Part shown: piece after piece, positions 9,537 to 21,254 of the stretch | Numbering within the stretch: position 1 is the first letter of the stretch | Layout of the letters: the number at the start of each line of letters is the position of its first letter | Origin: Acidobacteriota bacterium | GTDB taxonomy: Bacteria; Acidobacteriota; Thermoanaerobaculia; Gp7-AA8 | DNA length: 64,000 bases | NCBI GenBank assembly: GCA_021325515.1 | Contig: JAJPHC010000013.1 | Coordinates: 1 to 64,000 of the forward strand | Reading direction: 5' to 3' | Position numbers and translations under genes: made by a program | The notes under the pieces: generated by a model | What the model was told of the DNA's origin: nothing | Database searches by the model: none | What the model saw: the letters and a program-made list of their open reading frames with translations, nothing else

Positions 9537-10305
9537 TGGCGGGGGCCATCAAACGGAGCACTTCTTCGGGGCGCTCGAACAGCAAGCCGTGTCCTGTGTC
9601 CGGCACGATCACGAGCTGCGCATTCCGAATCGCGGCCGCGATCGCGCGCGAGTGCTCGACGGGAAACACGCGGTCGTGCTCGCCCGCGATCACGAGCGTT
9701 GGCGCATGGATCGATGCGAGGTGCGGAGTGACGTCGAGCGACTCGAGCAGCGCGAGAATGGCCGCCGCTCCTTCGTAGAACGACGCGGGCAGCAGCGCGA
9801 CCTGCCGCAGCCGCTGCTCCATGAAATCCGGCGGCTGCTTCGCGAGCCATGCCTCGCTCCATGTCGCATCGAGAATCGCGCGGAAGAGCTCCGGGCCGCA
9901 CGGCTCGCCCGCCGACGCGCGCTCGGCGATCCGCTTTCCCTCGCGCGCATTGCTGCGCATCGATTCCGTCGTCTTCTCCGTCGCGGTGATGATCGTCAGC
10001 TTCCCGACGTGATCGGGATGCAGCGCAGCGAGGAACATCGCCACCTCCGCGCCGAACGACGCACCGGCGACGTGCGCCTTGGCGATGCCGAGATGATCGA
10101 GGAGCGCGGCGACATCGTCCGCATGCTCTTCCCACGAACGCGCGTACGGGCCCGGCGTGAGCAACTGCCCGCGAAAATCGCAGCGGACCACGCGATGGCG
10201 TGTAACGAGCGCCGGCATGAGCGGCTGCCATGCCGCGATGCTCATCAATCCTCCGTTGAGGAGGACGAGCGGAGGACCGTCGCCATCGACGCGATGCGTG
10301 AGCAT
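9493..10305 (-). CDS. alpha/beta hydrolase
   Basis: C-terminal 270 aa of the 469-aa track ORF: GASFG nucleophile elbow, HxxL, C-terminal His. The N-terminal part of the track ORF is antisense to the ankyrin gene and was rejected. Confidence 0.75.
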   Translation of the reverse strand: MLTHRVDGDGPPLVLLNGGLMSIAAWQPLMPALVTRHRVVRCDFRGQLLTPGPYARSWEEHADDVAALLDHLGIAKAHVAGASFGAEVAMFLAALHPDHVGKLTIITATEKTTESMRSNAREGKRIAERASAGEPCGPELFRAILDATWSEAWLAKQPPDFMEQRLRQVALLPASFYEGAAAILALLESLDVTPHLASIHAPTLVIAGEHDRVFPVEHSRAIAAAIRNAQLVIVPDTGHGLLFERPEEVLRLMAPATVPLAPQSGERGQG

Positions 10306-10310
10306 CAGCG

Positions 10311-11759
10311 TTACAGCTTCACCTTCGCCGCAACGCCCGCGCCGCATGCGCCGACTTTCGCCGTCACGCGCACCGTCTTTCCCGGCGCGAGCTTCATCAG
10401 CGACAGCGGAACCTTCGTGACCAGCACGCCATTCTCGTTGTCGGCTCGCGGCCGGTCGTCGGTCGGAACGTCGGAAATGTCGATCATCTCCCCTTCCTTC
10501 TCGACGTTCACATCGACCTCGTTCGAGTAGACGCTCTTCGATCGATCGTGTCCTTCGGAATCCTTGTACTGCAGCGTGACGCTCGTGCCGTACTGCATGT
10601 AGTCGAGGTCGTATTCGGAGCCCACGGCTTCCTTGACGAGCGGATCCTTCGAGCCGGTTTTCGCATTCATGTCGGTGTCGAAGTAATACGCGGGAGTGAA
10701 CGAGCCTTCGTACGTCAGCTTCTTCGCGCTCTTCGCGCGGTTCGTGTTGCCGCCGCCGAGGTACCAGGTGAGCGGCCTCGGGAACTGCGTGGTGACGATC
10801 AGCGTGGAGCCGTCGACGGTGAAATTGCTGTTCACCTTTCCGCCGAGCGCAGAGCAGGGAATCGCGATGTTCTGGCCGCCCGTCGGACTTGGCGGAGCCC
10901 ATGGCCCGCCGAGGATCGCGACGATCTCGGAGCGCTCATTCTCCTTCGCGCGATCGAGTGCGTTTTTCCCTTCCTTGTCCTTGATCGCCGGATCCGCGCC
11001 GGCGCGCAGCAGCTCCATCACGATCTGGCCGTCGCCGTTGTAGGCAGCGACGGAGACCGCAGGCCAGCCATCGGCGTCGAGGCCGTCGACCGAGCCGCCG
11101 TTCTCGAGCACGAGACGCACGGCAGCGAGATCGCGCCCGTAGGTCGCGAGCATGATCGGCGTCATGTCGTTCGGCGCCTTCTCGGGAATCTTCGCTCCTG
11201 CTTTGAGAAGCTCCTGGGCTGCAGCGCCGCGGCCGCGATAGATCGCGATCGCCAGCGGCGTCCATCCCTTCTTCTCTTTTGCGCTGATGTCGGCGCCGGC
11301 CTCGAGCAGCGCTTTGATCGCACTCGTGGAGCCTGAGTTCGCGGCGTACATGAGCGCGGTCCAGCCATCGTTGTCGCGCAGATCGACTGCGGCCTTGTGC
11401 TCGAGCAGCGCGTGCAGGATGCCGTCGCGGCCCGCGCTGGCCGCGGTCATCAGCGCCGTTGCGCCTTCCTTGTCGACGGCGTCGATCTTCACCTTCGCTT
11501 TCACGAAGGCCTCGATGATCGCTCCCTCTTTCCCCATCAGCAGTTGCGGCGCGACGAGGACGATCGCCGGAGTCTTGTCGGCGTCGACGGCGTTCGCGTC
11601 GGCTCCACTGGCGAGGGCGGAGAGGATCGCGTCCTCGTCGCCCGCGGTGGCGGCCTCGATGAGCCGTGCGGTTTCCTTCGAGTTCTTCTTCGGTGTGGCG
11701 GAGGTTGCGCTGAGAGCAGCGAGAACGAGGAGAATGAGGGCGCCTGTACGTCGCATCAT
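10311..11759 (-). CDS. secreted ankyrin-repeat protein with uncharacterised C-terminal domain
   Basis: Signal peptide. About 7 ANK repeats (TALM/TPLM...GADxNA pattern). C-terminal ~200 aa show no recognisable similarity. Confidence 0.8.
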   Translation of the reverse strand: MMRRTGALILLVLAALSATSATPKKNSKETARLIEAATAGDEDAILSALASGADANAVDADKTPAIVLVAPQLLMGKEGAIIEAFVKAKVKIDAVDKEGATALMTAASAGRDGILHALLEHKAAVDLRDNDGWTALMYAANSGSTSAIKALLEAGADISAKEKKGWTPLAIAIYRGRGAAAQELLKAGAKIPEKAPNDMTPIMLATYGRDLAAVRLVLENGGSVDGLDADGWPAVSVAAYNGDGQIVMELLRAGADPAIKDKEGKNALDRAKENERSEIVAILGGPWAPPSPTGGQNIAIPCSALGGKVNSNFTVDGSTLIVTTQFPRPLTWYLGGGNTNRAKSAKKLTYEGSFTPAYYFDTDMNAKTGSKDPLVKEAVGSEYDLDYMQYGTSVTLQYKDSEGHDRSKSVYSNEVDVNVEKEGEMIDISDVPTDDRPRADNENGVLVTKVPLSLMKLAPGKTVRVTAKVGACGAGVAAKVKL

Positions 11760-11923
11760 GGGTCTCCTTTATCGACGCTTCATTATGGGGGATGCTCTGA
11801 TTTCGGTTTGCTCCGCGCTCGCCGGCCTCGCCTTCACAGTCGCGGCGTTGTGGAGTGGCCACTCGATGATTCTGCGGCGGACGCCATGAACGGCTGCAGC
11901 GCTCCGCGTTACACTCCTGAGCC

Positions 11924-12382
11924 ATGGATCCGCTGCGGCAGCATCTCGTCAACCTTCTCACGCGAGACGAAGCGCATGCCGGCTTCGACTCCACCGTGAA
12001 GAACTTTCCGCGCGCGCTGCGGGGAACGAAGCCGCACGGCGTTCCGCACTCCGCGTGGGAACTGCTCGAGCACCTGCGCATCGCACAGTGGGACATCCTC
12101 GAGTTCAGCCGCGATCCGCAGCACGAGTCGCCGGAGTTTCCCACCGGCTACTGGCCGCCGTCGCCCGAGCCGCCCGGCGACGACGCGTGGGACGCGAGCG
12201 TGGAGAAGTTTCGCGCCGATCATGCGGCAGTCGTCGCGATGGCGTCGGATGAATCGCTCGATCTCTACGCGAAGATTCCGCACGGCAGCGGGCAGACCTA
12301 TCTGCGCGAGCTCCTCCTCGTCGCCGACCACAACGCCTATCACCTCGGGCAACTGATGCTCGTGCGGAAACTGCAGGAGTAG
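11924..12382 (+). CDS. DinB/YfiT-like (DinB_2) metal-dependent hydrolase family protein
   Basis: Conserved His triad pattern (HxxxHLR..W, HNAYHLGQ). Confidence 0.7.
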   Translation: MDPLRQHLVNLLTRDEAHAGFDSTVKNFPRALRGTKPHGVPHSAWELLEHLRIAQWDILEFSRDPQHESPEFPTGYWPPSPEPPGDDAWDASVEKFRADHAAVVAMASDESLDLYAKIPHGSGQTYLRELLLVADHNAYHLGQLMLVRKLQE

Positions 12383-12387
12383 CGGCG

Positions 12388-13019
12388 ATGCTCTGTCCCG
12401 GCTGCGGCGGTGAGATGCAGCGCCTGACGCTCGACGCGGTGCTCGCCGCGACGGTGGACATCGACGCCTGCTCCGCCTGCCGCGCCTTCTGGTTCGATCC
12501 GTTCGAATCGCTTCACCTCACCGCGGCGTCGACGCTGAAACTCTTCCGGATGATCGCCGCTGCAGCGAATCGTCAGGGTGCTCCTTCCCGCGAACTGCAT
12601 TGTCCCTACTGCAGCGAGCGGCTGGTTCTGGCGCACGACCGCCAGCGGAATGTTCCCTTTCAATACTGGCGATGCTGCCGCGAACATGGGCGGTTCATCG
12701 GCTTCTTCGATTTTCTGAAGGAGAAGAACTTCGTCGTTCCTCTGACCGAGTCGCAGATCGCGGAGCTGCGCAACAAGGCCGTGATGATTCATTGCTCGAA
12801 CTGCGGCGCGCCGATCGAGATCGCGAAGACCTCGTGCTGCTCGCATTGCGGCTCGCCGCTTTCGATGCTCGATCTGCCGAAGATGGCGGAGACCGTCGAG
12901 CATCTGCAGACCTCTGCCAGGAAGTCCGAGCATCCTCCGTCGCTCGTGCCGATGCATCATGAGCCGGTGAATCTCCTCGAGTGGGGAATGCAGGCGCTCG
13001 CTGACTGGCTGGGATTGCG

Positions 13020-13023
<4 letters not shown>
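12388..13023 (+). CDS. zinc-ribbon domain protein
   Basis: Several CxxC pairs (CPGCGG...CSAC; CPYC; CSNCG...CSHCG). Translationally coupled to the upstream gene. Confidence 0.6.
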
Positions 13024-16859
<3,836 letters not shown>

Positions 16860-16869
16860 GACAGCTTGT

Positions 16870-17823
16870 CTACGCCGACGCCAGGTACGCGGTGAGCTGC
16901 TCCAGCGTTCCTCCCCAACCCTGCTCCATGCTCGGCATGCCCTCGCGGAACACGTTGCGCTCGAGCTCCGTCGCGTTGATCGGCGACCAGCGCACGGTGA
17001 TCCGCGTCTTGCCGCCGATCTCGTCGAACGCGATGGTCGAGAGCATCTCCAGCGGCCAGTCGGGAGCGAAGGGGTGCCGCGTGATGCCGCCCTCCGGATC
17101 GGAGAACGAATTCACGAAGACGAGGCGCGAGGGCTCTTCGATCTCGCGGTAAACCCAACGGCCCCAGATCTCGGTGCCGTCCGGCGTGCGCATGCCGTAG
17201 TGATAGATCCCGCCGGTGCGGAGGTCGTTGTTGCTCGAGATGATCTTCGCTCCCTTCGGTCCGAACCATTGCGCGAGGCGTTCGGATTCGGTCCACGCTT
17301 TCCAGACGAGCTCGCGCGGTGCGTCGAACGTGCGGCTGATGACGAACTCGGGGCTGTCGTCGTTCGCGACATGTCTGGCCAGACGCTCGAGGCTCTCCGT
17401 CCAGCCCTGCTCCATTCCGCGGATCGCGAATGCGGCTTCCGCTTCGGCCTTCACGACCTCCGCTCTCACCGTGAGCCGCGTTTTCCCATTCACATCTTCG
17501 AAGGTGATCGTGTTGAGGATCTCGAGGTTGCCGCCGACTGCGGTCGACGTGAAGACCAGCCGCTCGGGCGGCGTGATCTCGTGGAAGGTTCCACCCATCG
17601 GATAGACGGTGCCGTCGGGGCCGCGCATGTCGATCCGGATCGCGCCGCCTTTGCGAAGATCGACACGGCACACCGGATTCGTGAAGTGGTGGGGGCCCCA
17701 CCACTGAGCGAGATGCTTTTCGTCGGTCCACGCGCGGAAGACGAGATCGCGCGGCGCATCGAACAGACGCGTGAGGACGAGCGCGCCGGCCGATGTGCTA
17801 CTTCCTTGCTGATTTGCGGGCAT
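16870..17823 (-). CDS. tandem SRPBCC/AHSA1-domain protein
   Basis: Two consecutive Activator-of-Hsp90-ATPase-homolog-like domains (RxFDAPRELVWKAWTD..LAQWWGP repeated twice). Confidence 0.8.
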   Translation of the reverse strand: MPANQQGSSTSAGALVLTRLFDAPRDLVFRAWTDEKHLAQWWGPHHFTNPVCRVDLRKGGAIRIDMRGPDGTVYPMGGTFHEITPPERLVFTSTAVGGNLEILNTITFEDVNGKTRLTVRAEVVKAEAEAAFAIRGMEQGWTESLERLARHVANDDSPEFVISRTFDAPRELVWKAWTESERLAQWFGPKGAKIISSNNDLRTGGIYHYGMRTPDGTEIWGRWVYREIEEPSRLVFVNSFSDPEGGITRHPFAPDWPLEMLSTIAFDEIGGKTRITVRWSPINATELERNVFREGMPSMEQGWGGTLEQLTAYLASA

Positions 17824-18154
17824 GTTTCCTTTTCTCCTTTTTCTGCAGTTCCTTCAGGTATTCGTCGAGACGATCGAAGCTCTCTTCCCAGAAGCGGCGG
17901 TAGTGATCGAGCCACTCGTGCACTTCGCGCAGGCGGGCGGCTTCGAGGCGGCATGGGCGGTATTGCGCGTCGCGGCTGCGGACGATGAGTCCGGCGCGCT
18001 CCAGCACTTTCAGGTGCTTGGAGATCGCGGGAAGACTCATCGCAAACGGCTCGGCGAGCTCGGTGACGGCCGCGTCCCCCCTGGTGAGCCGCGCGAGGAT
18101 GGCGCGGCGGGTGGGATCGGCGAGGGCGAAGAACGTGGTGCTCAGCGTGTCCAT
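17798..18154 (-). CDS. ArsR/SmtB family transcriptional regulator
   Basis: Winged HTH (ALADPTRRAILARL...ELAEPFAMSLPAISKHLKVLERAGLI). Operonic with the AHSA1 gene. Confidence 0.9.
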   Translation of the reverse strand: MDTLSTTFFALADPTRRAILARLTRGDAAVTELAEPFAMSLPAISKHLKVLERAGLIVRSRDAQYRPCRLEAARLREVHEWLDHYRRFWEESFDRLDEYLKELQKKEKRKHARKSARK

Positions 18155-18156
18155 GC

Positions 18157-18172
18157 TTAACCAAGCGGTTAA
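18157..18172. promoter_or_regulatory. putative ArsR operator palindrome TTAACCAAGCGGTTAA
   Basis: Perfect 6-4-6 inverted repeat 3 bp upstream of the arsR ATG. Further TTAAC half-sites lie to 18190. Confidence 0.5.
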
Positions 18173-18223
18173 CTAACCAACAAGTTAAATGCTCATAGGC
18201 GAATTGTCAAGAGCTGGAGACCG

Positions 18224-18871
18224 TCATCGCGAGCGCATCGCGGCCCGCAGTTGTTCGAGGCGGGCGACCTCGCTCGCGGGGATCAGCTCGTTCGATCCCA
18301 TCGCGCGGCGGATGAAGTCGATGTGCGCCACATGCTCGAGCGTCTCCATGAGATAGCCCGCCTGCTCGATCGATTTCGCGAAGCAGACTGCGCCATGGAA
18401 GCGAAGCAGCACGGCGTCGTGATGATCGACGAGCGGCTCGACGCTCTTCGCCAGCTCTTCCGCCGTCGGCATCGCGTATTGCGCAACTGGCACGCGGCCG
18501 AGGGCGAGAATCGCCTCGGAGAGGATCGGCTGGTCGAGCGGAACGCCGGCGACCGCGTACGCCGTGGCGAAGGGGGGATGCGCATGCACGATCGCGCGCA
18601 CGTCGGGCCGGCGCTCGTAGATCATCCGGTGCAGCGCGATCTCCGACGAAGGCTTGCCGGCGCGCGCCGAGCCGTCGCGATACAGCCGCACGATCCTGTC
18701 CGGCTCGAGCTCGCCTTTGCAGCAGCCGCTGGGAGTGATGAGCGTGCCGCCGTCATCGAGCAGCGCGGAAAGGTTCCCATCGGTCGAAGTGAGAATCCCC
18801 TTCGTGTCGAGCCGCCGCGCCACCCGCACAATCGCCTGCTTGAGCTGATATTCCGTAACCACGTGCCGCAA
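18224..18871 (-). CDS. class II aldolase/adducin family protein
   Basis: Metal-binding His motifs (HAHPP; H..H) typical of L-fuculose-phosphate aldolase/MtnB-like enzymes. Confidence 0.8.
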   Translation of the reverse strand: MRHVVTEYQLKQAIVRVARRLDTKGILTSTDGNLSALLDDGGTLITPSGCCKGELEPDRIVRLYRDGSARAGKPSSEIALHRMIYERRPDVRAIVHAHPPFATAYAVAGVPLDQPILSEAILALGRVPVAQYAMPTAEELAKSVEPLVDHHDAVLLRFHGAVCFAKSIEQAGYLMETLEHVAHIDFIRRAMGSNELIPASEVARLEQLRAAMRSR

Positions 18872-18907
18872 ATCTTAAGTTGGTTTTCGGGGGTCACACC
18901 TGGAAAA
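18864..18907 (+). repeat. family-E 44-bp palindromic element, copy 1
   Basis: CTTAAGTTGGTTTTCGGGGGTCACACCTGGAAAATCAACTTAAC with internal inverted repeat AAGTTGGTTTTC/GAAAATCAACTT. Lies in the divergent promoter region. Confidence 0.8.
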
Positions 18908-18976
18908 TCAACTTAACGCCGGGCGAAGTCGTGTTTCAGAGCGCGCGAATTGCATTTCTCTCTTCGGAGGAACTGC

Positions 18977-21148
18977 ATGCCTGCCGAGCTCATCGAGCCC
19001 CGTGTCGCGTCGACACTCCGCACACTCTCGCGCATCACGAGTGTGCTGCCGGTCCTGATCGGCGTTTCGGTCCTGATCGGATGGCGCTACGACATCGAGC
19101 TCTTCAAGAGCGGCGCTCCGCGACTCGTGGCGATGAACCCCGCGACCGCGGCCGGGTTCATCTGTCTCGGCATTTCGCTCATCTGTCTCACGCTGTACGC
19201 ACGGTCGCGAACGCTGCACAAGACGGGCGAGCTGTTCGGTGGGATCGCCGCCTGCATCGGTGCGGCCAAGCTCGCCGCATTCATGTCGCTCGCCGATTCC
19301 TCGATCGATCAGTGGCTTTTTCACGACAAGCTGGGGACGAACCGGATGGCACCGAATACGGCGATCAACTTCGTGCTGGCCGGCATTGCGCTCGCGATCA
19401 TCGATCGTCATGTCCGGAAGATCTGGCCGGCGCAGTTCCTGACTGTGGTCGCCGCGATGTCGTCGCTTCTCGCGGTGATGGGTTACGCGTACGGCGTCGG
19501 CTCGTTCATCGGCATCGGCTCGTACATTCCGATGGCGCTGCACACCGCGGCCACGTTTCTCGCCGTCTCGCTCGGGATTCTCTCCGCACGCCCCGAGCGC
19601 GGAATCATGGGCGTGTTCACGAGCGCAACGAGCGGCGGCGTGATGCTGCGGCGCCTCGTCCCGGCGATCATCATCGTGCCTGCCGCGATCGGCTGGCTTC
19701 GCGCGCCGCATCTGCACGCGCGCATCGTCGATCCCGATTTCGAGCTCTGGCTTCTCATCGTGTCGATCATGAGCGCGTTCATGGTCCTCGCCGGCTGGAG
19801 CGGCCGCCTCCTGCATCGCTCCGACATCGAGCGCGCCGCGGCGGAGAAAACGCTGGAGTGGCAGGCGACGCACGATTCGCTGACGCAGCTTCCCAATCGC
19901 CGGCTGTTTCTGCAGCGGCTCGAGTCGCTGCTGGCGCGCGAGGGCGAGATCGCTGTGCTCTTCTTCGATCTCGATCTCTTCAAGATCATCAACGACAGCC
20001 TTGGCCACATCGTCGGCGATCAACTGCTGGCGGCGGTCGGACGGCGGCTCGCGCAGAGCGACATGCTCATCGCACGACTCAGCGGCGACGAGTTCGTCGG
20101 GCTCGTCAGCGGCGATCATGTGCACGAACGGGCGACGAAGATCGCAACCGACGTCGTTCACGCGTTCGGAGCGCCGTTCCGGCTCGGCCCGCATGAAGTC
20201 TTCACGACGATCAGCGCCGGCATCGCGTTTCGCGAGCCGGGCGACACCGCTGCGAATCTCATCCGGCACGCGGACCTTGCGATGTATCAGGCGAAGATGC
20301 GCGGCAAGGCGCGCTACGAGGTCTTCGCACCGGCGATGGACATCGACGCGAAACGGCGGCTGGAGATGGAGCTCGAACTGCGGCGCGCAATCGCGCAGGA
20401 TGAGTTGCGCGTCTACTACCAGCCCGAGGTGGAGATCGTGACGGGAAGGCTGGCGGGGATGGAGGCGCTCGTGCGATGGCAGCATCCGGAGCGCGGACTG
20501 ATCTCGCCGTCGGAGTTCATCCCGGTCGCCGAGGAGTCGGGGCTGATTCTGCAGATCGGACGCTTCTGTCTGTACGAAGCGTGCCGTCAGGCAAAAGTGT
20601 GGGAGACGAAGTACAAGGAGCCGCTCCTCGTCTCGATCAACCTCTCGGGCCGTCACTTTCAACAGGCGACTCTGTTCGATGAAGTGGCCGATGTCCTCGA
20701 GAAGACGGGCGTCGATCCCTCGCATGTGATTCTGGAGATCACGGAGACGGTGGCGATGGCGGGGGCGGAATCGACGATCGAGATCCTGCGCAAGCTGAAG
20801 AGCCTCGGCGTGCGGCTCGCGATCGACGACTTCGGAACCGGCTTCTCGAGTCTTGCGTACCTGAAGAAGTTTCCTGTCGACTACCTGAAGATCGACAAGT
20901 CATTCGTCGACGGCGTTGCGTTCAACGCGCTCGATGCCGCGATCGTGAAGGCGATCGTCGCGCTCGCGCATGCGCTGGGATTGAAGATCGTGGCGGAGGG
21001 TGTGGAGACGATCGAGCAACTGAAGGAGCTCCGCTCGCTCGGCTCGGAGCTCGGCCAGGGCTACTACTTCAGCCCGCCGCTCTCCGACGACCTGTATCAG
21101 GGAATGCCCGCGCTGATCAGCAGCAGCCGCCGCTGGGGATCCGCGTAA
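18977..21148 (+). CDS. membrane sensor diguanylate cyclase/phosphodiesterase (GGDEF-EAL)
   Basis: About 8 N-terminal TM helices. GGDEF domain with variant SGDEF motif. Complete EAL domain (EALVRW, DDFGTG, KIDKSF). GGAGG RBS 6 nt upstream of the ATG at 18977. Confidence 0.9.
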   Translation: MPAELIEPRVASTLRTLSRITSVLPVLIGVSVLIGWRYDIELFKSGAPRLVAMNPATAAGFICLGISLICLTLYARSRTLHKTGELFGGIAACIGAAKLAAFMSLADSSIDQWLFHDKLGTNRMAPNTAINFVLAGIALAIIDRHVRKIWPAQFLTVVAAMSSLLAVMGYAYGVGSFIGIGSYIPMALHTAATFLAVSLGILSARPERGIMGVFTSATSGGVMLRRLVPAIIIVPAAIGWLRAPHLHARIVDPDFELWLLIVSIMSAFMVLAGWSGRLLHRSDIERAAAEKTLEWQATHDSLTQLPNRRLFLQRLESLLAREGEIAVLFFDLDLFKIINDSLGHIVGDQLLAAVGRRLAQSDMLIARLSGDEFVGLVSGDHVHERATKIATDVVHAFGAPFRLGPHEVFTTISAGIAFREPGDTAANLIRHADLAMYQAKMRGKARYEVFAPAMDIDAKRRLEMELELRRAIAQDELRVYYQPEVEIVTGRLAGMEALVRWQHPERGLISPSEFIPVAEESGLILQIGRFCLYEACRQAKVWETKYKEPLLVSINLSGRHFQQATLFDEVADVLEKTGVDPSHVILEITETVAMAGAESTIEILRKLKSLGVRLAIDDFGTGFSSLAYLKKFPVDYLKIDKSFVDGVAFNALDAAIVKAIVALAHALGLKIVAEGVETIEQLKELRSLGSELGQGYYFSPPLSDDLYQGMPALISSSRRWGSA

Positions 21149-21159
21149 CCGCCAGCCCG

Positions 21160-21254
21160 TTAAGTTGGTTCGCGGGGGTCACACCTGGAAAATCAACTTA
21201 ACTCCACCGAGTTAAGTTGATTTTCCAGGTGTGACCCCCGAAAACCAACTTAAG
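21160..21254. repeat. family-E elements, copies 2 and 3 in inverted orientation
   Basis: 21160-21202 (+, one variant TTCGCGGGGG) and 21212-21254 (-, identical to copy 1) separated by 9 bp. Forms a ~43-bp-arm hairpin between convergent genes. Confidence 0.85.

Noticed and set aside
7881-9731. 616-aa ORF on the plus strand rich in Arg, Ser and Pro
   Set aside because: It is antisense to the alpha/beta hydrolase and runs through the AKR gene. It has low-complexity RS/RP composition typical of spurious ORFs in high-GC DNA. The real genes are 7568-8416 (-) and 8509-9474 (+).
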